From the IMG/VR virus record IMGVR_UViG_3300047481_001036: 64,000 bases of DNA, one strand, 5' to 3'. Of this stretch, positions 1 to 9,582 are shown piece after piece. Every line of letters begins with the position of its first letter. Position 1 is the first letter of the stretch. The DNA comes from a virus. A program made the translations under genes and the position numbers. Below the pieces are notes generated by a model. The model searched no databases and was not told the DNA's origin. It worked only from the letters and a program-made list of their open reading frames with translations.

Positions 1-802
1 ATGTAACTTCTACTGGAAATGTTACATAGCGAGTTCTAGGAGCAAAAGATCCTAGTTCATTGATGCTTTCACGACCAAGACTTGCACTAACTGTAATATT
101 TTGAAAATATAAACCACCACTAGCTTTAGGATATATACCTCCTACACCAGTTGGTAAAACCGATCCCTCTATATTTACAAATTGTCTACGAGCTAACTTT
201 TGTGCTGTTTTTGATGATTCAGTCTGGGTGAATGCTGTCATAGCACCCATGCCGCTATCATTCATGCTCCATTTTTTACTGTTACCAACAAGAGTTAATT
301 CTTCCGTTGCTGTGCCGTCTATCGGGAATGTAAAATTTAAATTAGATACATACATTCTTTCGCACAAAACATACGAATCAGTAGTGCCGTCTGTTGTACT
401 TTTGGTATCATCATAAATACCTAGTCTAAAATCCACTACATTGTTAGCTAATCCGCCAAAACCTTTAGTCTGTTGTTCGGCTGTAGAATATACATTACTA
501 AGATTAGCTCCGGCAACACCAGAAACTCCACCCATGCACATAAGATATAATGGAGCCCTGCCATCTACTAGTTTACTAATTGTAACTTCTACGTTTGGTA
601 AGTTTTCTGAAATATTATATAGATCGATAGCTCCTAATTGAAAAGCTTGTTCTGTGTCAAAGTTAGTAGTCATACCAACGCTTTGTACGCCTGGAGGCTG
701 ATACCAAGTAGTATAATAAGAAATGGAACCATTACTAGCAGGAGTTCCTGGCTTAACTTGTGCTACCTGTGATCCGTAAAAAATTCTATTATTATTAGCC
801 AT
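1..802 (-). CDS. tail tube/major tail-like protein, paralogue 3 (runs off window edge)
   Basis: Not in ORF track. Manual translation MANNNRIFYGSQVAQVKP...WYQPPGVQSVGMTTNF...SASLGRESINELG...RYVTFPVEVT is clearly homologous to the two adjacent ORFs. Confidence 0.65.
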   Translation of the reverse strand, partial: MANNNRIFYGSQVAQVKPGTPASNGSISYYTTWYQPPGVQSVGMTTNFDTEQAFQLGAIDLYNISENLPNVEVTISKLVDGRAPLYLMCMGGVSGVAGANLSNVYSTAEQQTKGFGGLANNVVDFRLGIYDDTKSTTDGTTDSYVLCERMYVSNLNFTFPIDGTATEELTLVGNSKKWSMNDSGMGAMTAFTQTESSKTAQKLARRQFVNIEGSVLPTGVGGIYPKASGGLYFQNITVSASLGRESINELGSFAPRTRYVTFPVEVT

Positions 803-823
803 GTAAACTTCTCCGTTAATTAA

Positions 824-2053
824 TTAGGTAAATGTAGCTTGTGAAGACAAGTCTATGGAACTAGCATCAGAGAACTCTGTAAAGTCTGCATATGAACCAA
901 GAGGTATAACATTAAGTTTATTAAATGTCTGGAAGCTGAACGTAGTAGTAACATTACCACCACCAGTATCTCCTCCGGTATAATTCACTGACGTTAGCTT
1001 ATTCTTTTTGCCAAGGTCAATAACTAGCGAATCAGAATCAGTGCTTCCACATACTTTAATAACAATTTCTTTGTAATCTAAATTAGAAAAAGATGTTGTG
1101 CAACCAGAGGCTTCGTCGAAACTATCAGCATCGACTAGATCTCCACTAACTGAAATAATCTCGAATTCGGACGTAACTTCAACAGGAAGTGCCGTATATT
1201 TATAATATGGTCCAAAAAATCCTAATTCGTTAATATTTTCTCTATTCAAACTAGCATTAATACTAATACTTTGAATAATAGGTTTTTTCTCAGCAGCACT
1301 AGCGCCCACAATAGGAATACCTCCTCTTGTGCCTGTTGGCAAAACACAGAAATTGATAGATGCAGGAGAATCTAATTTACCATCAGCATCTCTGGACGGA
1401 GCTGCAACATCTCCTCCTGTTATAGCAACATACTGTCTGCGAGCTAAGAAACTAGTACCACTACCATAAGGAGTAGCATTGTCATCAGTTAATAAATCTG
1501 ATGCTTGACCGGGAACATTTCCTCCCTTAAGCCATGTTTTATTAGTACCTACAAGAGTTACCTCTTCTGTGGCATTACCGTCTACTGTAAAATTATATCC
1601 GATACTAGATAGATACATGCCGCTGCACATCGTATGATAAACAGCAACACCGGTAGCATAAGGTTCTGTATCAGAGAATACTGCAAATCTTACATTAACC
1701 ATACTATTTGCAGCTTCAATAAGATCTTTATTAACAGTTTTAAGATTTGATCCGTCCGGAGTAGCAGTACAAATAGAGTATAAAGGAGCGGTGCCATCAA
1801 TAAGTTTAGATAATGTTACTTCTACTTCAGGAGCTGTTTCTGTTTGAGAATAAATTTTTAGTGTTCCTAATTGAGACACAGGCTCTGTATTAAAATTAGT
1901 AGTAATACCAGCGCTTTGTAATCCTCTTGGCTGTACCCAAGAACCATATGCAATATAGTCGCTTGGCTGTCTATAGTCGTGAGCGTTACCAGTTGTTACT
2001 GGTTGTAAATGAATGCCCTGAGATGCATAAAAAATTCTTTTGTTGTCTGACAT
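824..2053 (-). CDS. tail tube/major tail-like protein, paralogue 2
   Basis: 409 aa, Gly/Thr-rich. Shares RIFYASQ, GLQSxxxTTNF, EEVTLVG and TGGDTGGGNV motifs with neighbours. Lies downstream of the neck genes. Confidence 0.65.
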   Translation of the reverse strand: MSDNKRIFYASQGIHLQPVTTGNAHDYRQPSDYIAYGSWVQPRGLQSAGITTNFNTEPVSQLGTLKIYSQTETAPEVEVTLSKLIDGTAPLYSICTATPDGSNLKTVNKDLIEAANSMVNVRFAVFSDTEPYATGVAVYHTMCSGMYLSSIGYNFTVDGNATEEVTLVGTNKTWLKGGNVPGQASDLLTDDNATPYGSGTSFLARRQYVAITGGDVAAPSRDADGKLDSPASINFCVLPTGTRGGIPIVGASAAEKKPIIQSISINASLNRENINELGFFGPYYKYTALPVEVTSEFEIISVSGDLVDADSFDEASGCTTSFSNLDYKEIVIKVCGSTDSDSLVIDLGKKNKLTSVNYTGGDTGGGNVTTTFSFQTFNKLNVIPLGSYADFTEFSDASSIDLSSQATFT

Positions 2054-2068
2054 TATTAATCTCCAGAA

Positions 2069-3262
2069 TTATTGATCTGTGTTGAAATAGTTATAAGATA
2101 CTGCTGGTGCAACTGGGGCAGACTCGGGCAAGCTTTGCATACTTAGAGTATTACTAGCAATATTGAGACCGTCTTTGTATGTTCCGCTAGCTTGAATAGT
2201 AAAATTATTGAAATTTCTAAAGCTATATGTGACCATAACATTTCCACCACCAGTATCCCCACCTGTCTGATTGATAGAAGTTAAAGTATTTTTGTAGCCA
2301 AGATCAAATGCCATAGTATTAGATGCTGTAGTAGAATCTCCATCACAAATTACAACCCTAATAGGATGCTGTTTTAGATTACTTTTTGAACCATTGCAGA
2401 ATGATTGACCAAGAAAGTCATCAGCATCCACACCATCTCCATCTGTTGACATTACTTCAAATTCTGATGTTACTTCGATAGGAAAGTTAGTATAACGACA
2501 ATAAGGAGCAAAACGCCCTAGTTGATTAATACTTTCTCTTCCTAGAGATGCGCTAATAGTAATGTTCTGGAAGTGTGGCATTTTATCTCCGCCGGGTTGT
2601 CTAATGCCGCTCGGACCAATAGGTAAAGTAGAATTTACAATATCAACGTATTGTTTTCTGAGAATTCCGCTAGCTGTTGTGGGAGTAATTGCTCCTACTG
2701 TTGTACTTGGATTAAAAATATTCCCGACATTAAAAGAGGAATCTCCTAAGAAAGCTCCAGTATTCCATATTTTATGGTTACCAACAAGAGTAACTTCTTC
2801 TGTAGCATTACCTTCGATAGGAATAGTATAGTTAAAACTAGATAAATACATACCACTACAAACAACATACTGAGATGCAGTATTAGAAATAAATTGATTA
2901 GCACTTTCATAAATACCAAGTCTAAAATTTACTCTATTATTTGCTAATGATACTAACTGTTTATTTTCGGCTCCGTCAACTCCGTCCTTGCCTCCCATAC
3001 ACATAAGATATAGGGGTGCTGTTGTATCTATAACTCTGTTAAGAGTTACTTCTACTTCTGGGATAGACTCAACATTATCATACAGTTCAACGGTGCCTAA
3101 TTGGAATGCTGGCTCCAAAGCAAAGTTTGTTGTCATAGACACGCTTTGTAGACCGAGAGGCTGATACCAACCACTATAAATATCAGACGAAGATGTTGGC
3201 GTGGCAGTTTGTGGTCTTAGTTGTGCTGTTTGTGAGGCGTAATAAATTCTACTGTTAGGCAT
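2069..3262 (-). CDS. tail tube/major tail-like protein, paralogue 1
   Basis: 397 aa with the same motifs; syntenic position after the tail-completion-like gene. Confidence 0.65.
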   Translation of the reverse strand: MPNSRIYYASQTAQLRPQTATPTSSSDIYSGWYQPLGLQSVSMTTNFALEPAFQLGTVELYDNVESIPEVEVTLNRVIDTTAPLYLMCMGGKDGVDGAENKQLVSLANNRVNFRLGIYESANQFISNTASQYVVCSGMYLSSFNYTIPIEGNATEEVTLVGNHKIWNTGAFLGDSSFNVGNIFNPSTTVGAITPTTASGILRKQYVDIVNSTLPIGPSGIRQPGGDKMPHFQNITISASLGRESINQLGRFAPYCRYTNFPIEVTSEFEVMSTDGDGVDADDFLGQSFCNGSKSNLKQHPIRVVICDGDSTTASNTMAFDLGYKNTLTSINQTGGDTGGGNVMVTYSFRNFNNFTIQASGTYKDGLNIASNTLSMQSLPESAPVAPAVSYNYFNTDQ

Positions 3263-3313
3263 ATTTAGCTCCCATATTATGGATTGTATAGAGTATACTA
3301 CACCAAAAATTGT

Positions 3314-4060
3314 TTAATAGCTTAGTAGTGTCTCAGATTCTGTGCGAATAGCATCTAAAAGATTATTGTTTATAGATTTAGCTACTATATAGTTTTGTAC
3401 ACTAATAGTTAAACCATATAAATTATCAAGATTTTTAACCATAGCAATGTGAGGCATTTGATGTAGTACTACTGATTCATTAATGTTTAATAGGTCTGTA
3501 TTTAAATGCTCGTAATCTGAAGATTTATACACCAAAAGATATGAGCATTGTGATTTAGATAAGTTAGTAGACAATACATGATCTATACTATCATTTAGGC
3601 TCATATCTTCCAAGAAATTATGTATTTTCCAGGTTGTATTTGGTATTTTTGATGATATATTATCGTAAATAGTGTCTATCGTTTGGTTAGATTTATTTCT
3701 AAATAACATAGACATAAATTTGGGATGAAAATTAGACTGTGACAAATGGTCAATAATAAGGCCAACATCCGGTCCTTCTGGCACACAATCCATAATTAGA
3801 TAGATGGGCAGTTTAGCATTATTATCTATTTTAGACAATAGGTCAATTTTATCAAATTCTTCCTTATGTTTTTCGTAGATCTCTTTAGAGAAACCAAATC
3901 TACATGCATAATTATGTATAGTATTATAATTACTAGAGTCTAAAGTAATATCTTTATGGTCTATAATTTTTTTAATAATATCTCTTTGACATCCTGCTAT
4001 TTTTTTATCATCAAGAACCTGATTAGCAAACATACATTGAGAACAATTGGTATTAACCAT
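3314..4060 (-). CDS. hypothetical protein (N-terminal Cys motif)
   Basis: 248 aa ORF within the operon; CxxC...C...C at the N terminus. Confidence 0.6.
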   Translation of the reverse strand: MVNTNCSQCMFANQVLDDKKIAGCQRDIIKKIIDHKDITLDSSNYNTIHNYACRFGFSKEIYEKHKEEFDKIDLLSKIDNNAKLPIYLIMDCVPEGPDVGLIIDHLSQSNFHPKFMSMLFRNKSNQTIDTIYDNISSKIPNTTWKIHNFLEDMSLNDSIDHVLSTNLSKSQCSYLLVYKSSDYEHLNTDLLNINESVVLHQMPHIAMVKNLDNLYGLTISVQNYIVAKSINNNLLDAIRTESETLLSY

Positions 4061-4069
4061 AATTATTTC

Positions 4070-5008
4070 CTAGGGTAAAATTTCCATGGACCATCTTACA
4101 ACACCATTATAAAGAGAAGAACTCAATGTGTTAAGTTCTACTATAGTGCTATTTTTAATCATTACCCAATTATTTTTATATAAGCTAACCGCTTCTGGAT
4201 AATTAATTCCGCTAGGATTTATTTCTCCCGAAATTTTTAGTTCTGTTTTGTTAGCTTTAACTATTTGATTAGTATCATATAGCCAAAAGGTATTATCTTT
4301 TTGTACTAATAATGTATCTATAATAGAATTTCTTTGATTAGCATTTTGCGTAAAAATATGTAATAACAAATCTTGAGTTACTATGTTTTCTGTAGTTCCT
4401 AGCTCATAAGGAGACAATATGGTTCTAGGAATTAATTCTATTACAATAGCTGGTAATTGAACCCTATGATTGGCTGCAATACTATATTCGTTTGTTTGTT
4501 TAAAATTATCCGGATTGTAGGTTTCTTTCTGTACTTCTTTCCACCAAGCAGCATCACTAGATTTATATATTTGAATATATTTATGAGAATAAGCAGCTAC
4601 TACAGTAGAAGATGGCGCTACATTAAAGCTAAAATTAATTCTACCTAATGGATAATTAATACTATAGCCATAACTACCACTACCGGTAGGCGCTGGTAAA
4701 AATGTATTATTCAAATAGACACCGGAAAATATAGCTGGTGAACTACCATTATAATTAACGCCGGATTCGTATACCCAATCTTTTCTAACAGCTTCCCATA
4801 TTCTACCAGATGGTACAGATGGATTGCTTACGGGTTTTAACACAGAAAAATTATTACTGGTATTAATACCACTAGTAGGAATAGATACATTAACATAACC
4901 TCCAATATTTAAGAAAGACCAATCTAGAAAACTTTTTATATTGTCTTCCAGACTAGACACTCTATCTTTAGACCCTATACTAGATACATGTTGAAATTGA
5001 TTGCTCAT
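4070..5008 (-). CDS. tail completion/terminator-like virion protein
   Basis: 312 aa; position after the neck genes; C-terminal LPAIVIE...DLLLHIF segment is typical of tail terminators (inference). Confidence 0.45.
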   Translation of the reverse strand: MSNQFQHVSSIGSKDRVSSLEDNIKSFLDWSFLNIGGYVNVSIPTSGINTSNNFSVLKPVSNPSVPSGRIWEAVRKDWVYESGVNYNGSSPAIFSGVYLNNTFLPAPTGSGSYGYSINYPLGRINFSFNVAPSSTVVAAYSHKYIQIYKSSDAAWWKEVQKETYNPDNFKQTNEYSIAANHRVQLPAIVIELIPRTILSPYELGTTENIVTQDLLLHIFTQNANQRNSIIDTLLVQKDNTFWLYDTNQIVKANKTELKISGEINPSGINYPEAVSLYKNNWVMIKNSTIVELNTLSSSLYNGVVRWSMEILP

Positions 5009-5658
5009 AAATATTTCTCTATAGTATTTTGTATGAGATTATAAATAGACTTATCTATAGTAGATACTGCTCTAGTAGTCCAGTTATCATTTTGCGACCC
5101 TGCAAACTCTGGAGGTACTCTCCAACTATCTTTAGACGGTACCATAATTGCCATTCCGGATCTAGAATACGGTGATGATCCGTATTTTACTGAATAATTC
5201 TTAACTATAGGAGTATTACTACGCAATAGTAACCACTCTAACCAAGGTAAAGAATATCCTTTAGCATCAACTACTGAGCTGATATTAGCATATATTACTC
5301 CTCCAAGATCATCAGATTTCATCATAGTCATGACAAAACCTCCTTTAATCCCGTTATTATTTGATGACAATGGTTGCTTGCTTACTTGTATAGTATTGAC
5401 TAAAGCATCAACTACAAGATCTACTACAGAAGAATCTGGTATGCCTAATTCTGCTTTAAGTTTACCGCTAATTAATGAGGCATATTCTGGTTCTTGTTTT
5501 AAAGCTTCTTTTACTATGCTTTTTATACCTTCGGTAATAGGAGATAAACTTTTATCAATAACAATAGAAAGCTTGTCTATGATAGATTTCAATATCATAG
5601 ATTTTATTTGATCATCAGACTCTAATAAATTAAGACTGAATTTCATTTTCTTTTCCAC
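5005..5658 (-). CDS. neck/tail-completion protein
   Basis: 217 aa; synteny within the head-tail joining block. Confidence 0.4.
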   Translation of the reverse strand: MEKKMKFSLNLLESDDQIKSMILKSIIDKLSIVIDKSLSPITEGIKSIVKEALKQEPEYASLISGKLKAELGIPDSSVVDLVVDALVNTIQVSKQPLSSNNNGIKGGFVMTMMKSDDLGGVIYANISSVVDAKGYSLPWLEWLLLRSNTPIVKNYSVKYGSSPYSRSGMAIMVPSKDSWRVPPEFAGSQNDNWTTRAVSTIDKSIYNLIQNTIEKYL

Positions 5659-6179
5659 ATAGTAATAATATAACCATTATTTCCGAAACCAACTGGTTCA
5701 GGATCTCCTGCTTTTTCATAGGTATAGTTTCCAGAGTCTACAAGAGAAGTATCTATAACTATATCGGTAGCAGCTCTTATTTTAGATAATAAATCTATTT
5801 TACATAGCGTCTGCACCATACCGTTAGGTATGTTAAGATTAATATTAGCTACTTTATTTATCCAATATTTACTATCAAAAATACAAGCCAAATAAACATC
5901 GTCTTCTACATGATCTATATTATATGATCCCATACCCATACATACAGGACATATAGAACCTTCTGCGAATGGATTGGGGCCGGTACCGTTGTATATGTTG
6001 GCGGACAATCTTGATATAGGGTCAAATACGCAATTATTACATAAAGTAGTATTAAACTGATTAGAATATCTTAATTTACATCTTCTTGTAAGAGCAGAAT
6101 CTTGCAGCAATGCATCGATAGCATTGTTAAATAATTGTTTAAATTCAGGACTGATAATGTTGTTAAATGTATTACTCAT
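5643..6179 (-). CDS. head-closure-like protein with CxxC pairs
   Basis: 178 aa, CNNC...CPVC; synteny. Confidence 0.45.
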   Translation of the reverse strand: MSNTFNNIISPEFKQLFNNAIDALLQDSALTRRCKLRYSNQFNTTLCNNCVFDPISRLSANIYNGTGPNPFAEGSICPVCMGMGSYNIDHVEDDVYLACIFDSKYWINKVANINLNIPNGMVQTLCKIDLLSKIRAATDIVIDTSLVDSGNYTYEKAGDPEPVGFGNNGYIITMWKRK

Positions 6180-6362
6180 TAATTGTAACTATTTCGGAGT
6201 TAAGCTCGGGAGACATGATACTATCTGTATAAGTTAGTGAATAATTATCAACATATTGTGTATCTCTAATTGTAATTGTATTAGATATAGTATTGTACTC
6301 TAATAGCTCTTTCATTTGTAGTCTAATATCTAATAAATACTGATTGATAATAGATGTTAAAA

Positions 6363-7367
6363 TCATAAGTCTTCTGCTGGTGAATGAGTTAGAATTAATT
6401 TCCAAGAATCTATTAGTCCAGATCCTATTGGATCAGTATCTTTCACAATCAAGTTCCATGTTCCTGTTACTGGCACTCCAAATAAATGATCGAAGCTAGA
6501 CAATAATGTTTCATTAGAAAAATTAATATCAGATTTTTTATCATAAATATTAATTAATCCTCCGTTGGTTGTATTATGTAAATAGTCTGTATCATTTGCT
6601 TTATTTGAGAACATAAAGCTAAAGTTATTATTATAATTTTTAATTTTGCTATTAGCAGATAACAGTATTTTATCTCCTGATGGAGGAGCCAAAACAAATA
6701 CTAAATCTGATGGACTTTGATGTTGTAATTTATTTATAGCTAATTCTATATTTTCAATTGGCCTAGAGTCTGTGGTATTTATACTACCACTAACCAAACA
6801 TAAGTCTGGTAATACCAAAGAAGATCCTGTGTGAACTACCGAGTATACATCTAAATCTATACAGTCGTCTGGTAAACATAAATCAGAGTTTTCTGGAGTA
6901 GTTGATACAGTAGGTGTGACTTGATTATCTGAAGGAGTTGGTGTTAAAGTGACAAGATTTATATTAGGATCTAAACTAGCAGGACAACTGGATGCGAGTG
7001 CCAGATTTCTTTTAACTAAAGTAATAGTACCAGTAGACAATCTAACATTTCTAAGCTTATTATTTAGAGAAATAATATCTAAATCGTAAACGGCAGTATC
7101 AAAATTATAGTTTTGTGTTAAATTAGCGGATATTCTAAATCTAATTCTACCTCTATTATCTGCTGTTAATGACCAATCATGAAGATCATATTGGGCTAGA
7201 GCAGATGTAGAAAAAACTTGTTTATTTGTTTTTGCACTATCAATCCACTGCAAAACAACACATTTATCACTTAAATTTATAGGATTATTATTAGCATCAT
7301 TGTATTGAAAAAAAATTTCAAAATCTGATCCTTGCTCTAATAGAAAATTGTATGTAACTGCTGGCAT
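6363..7367 (-). CDS. virion-associated protein: BppU-like N-terminal domain plus proprotein-convertase P-domain
   Basis: N-terminal EQGSDF...AVYDL. C-terminal HQSPSDLVFVLAPPSG...GTWNLIVKD...GLIDSWKL matches the P_proprotein pattern. Confidence 0.6.
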   Translation of the reverse strand: MPAVTYNFLLEQGSDFEIFFQYNDANNNPINLSDKCVVLQWIDSAKTNKQVFSTSALAQYDLHDWSLTADNRGRIRFRISANLTQNYNFDTAVYDLDIISLNNKLRNVRLSTGTITLVKRNLALASSCPASLDPNINLVTLTPTPSDNQVTPTVSTTPENSDLCLPDDCIDLDVYSVVHTGSSLVLPDLCLVSGSINTTDSRPIENIELAINKLQHQSPSDLVFVLAPPSGDKILLSANSKIKNYNNNFSFMFSNKANDTDYLHNTTNGGLINIYDKKSDINFSNETLLSSFDHLFGVPVTGTWNLIVKDTDPIGSGLIDSWKLILTHSPAEDL

Positions 7368-7392
7368 AAATAAACTCTTATATTAAAAAAGA

Positions 7393-7902
7393 TTAATAAA
7401 CTTCTCTATTCCGCATATATGTAGACAGTGATCTTGGATCGAACTTGTTGCCAACAAATGGACTAAGTATTGCTCTAACAGCCGTAGCTTCCTTAACATC
7501 CCAATGAGAAGCTAGTTCGTCATATGCTGCACAAGGGCCTTTATCTAAAATTAAATTCCAACCCGCTAAACTACCAGCAACACTTAATTGCGCCGGTCCT
7601 AGCGCAGCTCTGATACCTTCTAATGCTGCTCTGGTTCTCAAGGTGCTTTGATCTATTATACAAGCAGCTTTGAGACTAACTAAGCTGATAAAAATACTAT
7701 CGTCATTCGCTGTTGGATCCGGAGATATGCTACTATTGACAACATTAATTGTATATGTATTATCTAAAGACACGTCAAACTGAACATATTTAGCTGCTAC
7801 TGTGATTACTTGTAGTAATCTAGAATCGCTATAAACTGGCTGATCCCCAAGATCATTAATAAGAGTTCTAACAATAATTGGTATTTCTATAGTCCAGCTC
7901 AT
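7393..7902 (-). CDS. head-tail connector/adaptor protein
   Basis: 169 aa directly after the capsid gene; VRTLINDL...YSDSRL pattern. Confidence 0.55.
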   Translation of the reverse strand: MSWTIEIPIIVRTLINDLGDQPVYSDSRLLQVITVAAKYVQFDVSLDNTYTINVVNSSISPDPTANDDSIFISLVSLKAACIIDQSTLRTRAALEGIRAALGPAQLSVAGSLAGWNLILDKGPCAAYDELASHWDVKEATAVRAILSPFVGNKFDPRSLSTYMRNREVY

Positions 7903-7998
7903 TTTTGACCTATCTGATATAGAATAATGGTATTAATACAATAAATTATACACCTTCACACTTCAATATGCTTATCGCTATACAATCACAATTATAAT

Positions 7999-8030
7999 AA
8001 AAAAAGGGCCGGGGTTTAACCCAGCCCTTC
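7999..8030 (-). terminator. intrinsic terminator after capsid gene
   Basis: Minus strand GAAGGGCTGGG-TTAAA-CCCCGGCCC followed by a T7 run. Confidence 0.75.
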
Positions 8031-8058
8031 TTTATTGATGTTATAAACTATCTAATTA

Positions 8059-9069
8059 TTATAGAGAACCGACGAGCACTCTACGGTTGTCTAGAACAGC
8101 AAAGCCGAGTTCGGCCCATCCATAAAATCCAGCTCTCTTTTGACGATGAAGAGTATCATCTTCAAAGATCTGAACTTCTTGGCGAACAGGCATAATAAAG
8201 CTGTCGCTCTTGCGAAGATCTAGACCAACCACGATCTCAGTATCACCAGCAGGTAATGATCCGCCTAGTGTAGAACTATAGAATAGTTGATACTGTTGAC
8301 CAACACCTAGTTCGTCAAGATCATGTAGATTGATGCCGAATACTCTGTTGAGAGTGCCATCAGCGGCAGTATAGATCTCTCTACGAGTAACTTCATCAAC
8401 TTGCTCAAGACCCCACTGACGAATATCTTCCATAGCTTCTGGAGAGATATAAAGGTCGGTTAACATACCACGATTAGCACTAGTACTGTTACCGCCTCCG
8501 TTACGACGCATAACGGTCTTCATGAGACTAACGAGTCTCTTTGTGAACTGATTAGAACCAGCATCACTATCATAAACTACGATGTTGCGATCAACACCAG
8601 CAGCAAGGATTGTGTGCCAGCCATCATCGTTCATCTTCTTAACGAATGAAGCTTCTAGAACTTCCATAGCACGACCAACAACGTCCCAACGGGCATCGCG
8701 AGCATACTTGAGGAGATAGTCGATGGATGCTCCAACATCATATGTTGGAACCATCACATAGTCACCCTCAACATGGCGCTCTGGAATATAGCCATGGTTT
8801 GGAATAGTATAGGCAACAAAGTCTTTCTCTGTGCCAGGAGCTAGAAAATCAAGAGGAAATTCTGGAGTAGCACTTTGAGCTAATTGGATTGGCTCGAAGA
8901 TACCATCTAGAATATCGCCACTTAAAACACCCTGACGTAGGGGAAGCTCTAGAGCCTTAGCAAATTCTGCATTAGCAGCTAGGGCCACCTCTCTGTTGGG
9001 TGAACCAGAACGAACTAGAAGATCTGTTAATTCTGGTGTTGGTTGAAATCTTTCGGTTTTGGCTGACAT
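8059..9069 (-). CDS. major capsid protein (HK97-fold expected)
   Basis: 336 aa after the portal, protease and decoration genes; followed by a terminator; C-terminal GFYGWAELGFAVLD. Confidence 0.8.
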   Translation of the reverse strand: MSAKTERFQPTPELTDLLVRSGSPNREVALAANAEFAKALELPLRQGVLSGDILDGIFEPIQLAQSATPEFPLDFLAPGTEKDFVAYTIPNHGYIPERHVEGDYVMVPTYDVGASIDYLLKYARDARWDVVGRAMEVLEASFVKKMNDDGWHTILAAGVDRNIVVYDSDAGSNQFTKRLVSLMKTVMRRNGGGNSTSANRGMLTDLYISPEAMEDIRQWGLEQVDEVTRREIYTAADGTLNRVFGINLHDLDELGVGQQYQLFYSSTLGGSLPAGDTEIVVGLDLRKSDSFIMPVRQEVQIFEDDTLHRQKRAGFYGWAELGFAVLDNRRVLVGSL

Positions 9070-9097
9070 GTGTTTATCTCCCTGTTATATAAGTGAT

Positions 9098-9556
9098 TTA
9101 TAGGTTAACTGATACTTTTGCGTAGCCGTCGCTATCTTTAGCACTCAAGAATTGACCAATCTTGACAGCGTTTGTTGAGCTAGTTCCAATGAGGCCGCTG
9201 GCGCCAACATAAGCATCAGCACCTGCCGAGGGCGTTGTGCCTGCTACAAGTTGATTGGTTGTGACTTGACCTTGACGTAAGAGAGTCACTTTACCACCAA
9301 CCTGTACTTCGTCTTTATGCCAGTTGATGTGTTGTCTTGTAAGATCAAGATTAACAACATCATTTAATAGCACACCAACAGGCTTAGCTCCGGAAGCAAC
9401 TGCGGCATAAGCGACCACAGCATTGGCATCATCCATAGATACGCCAACACCACTGGTAGCGGTAACCACACTAGCAACACCACCACGCTCAGCTGTTGTG
9501 TTCATGAAAAAAGAGATATCAGTTAAAAGTTCTACGCGATCTGGTTTTAGAGCCAT
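9098..9556 (-). CDS. capsid decoration/cement protein
   Basis: 152 aa, Ala/Gly/Val-rich, immediately upstream of the capsid gene; KPVGVLLNDV...GLI...IGQF. Confidence 0.6.
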   Translation of the reverse strand: MALKPDRVELLTDISFFMNTTAERGGVASVVTATSGVGVSMDDANAVVAYAAVASGAKPVGVLLNDVVNLDLTRQHINWHKDEVQVGGKVTLLRQGQVTTNQLVAGTTPSAGADAYVGASGLIGTSSTNAVKIGQFLSAKDSDGYAKVSVNL

Positions 9557-9582
9557 TTTATTTCTCCATTATAATGGGTTAT

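Noticed and set aside
6172-6405. 77-aa ORF between neck genes
   Set aside because: Overlaps both neighbours and has no recognisable features; it may be real from a later start but is unsupported.
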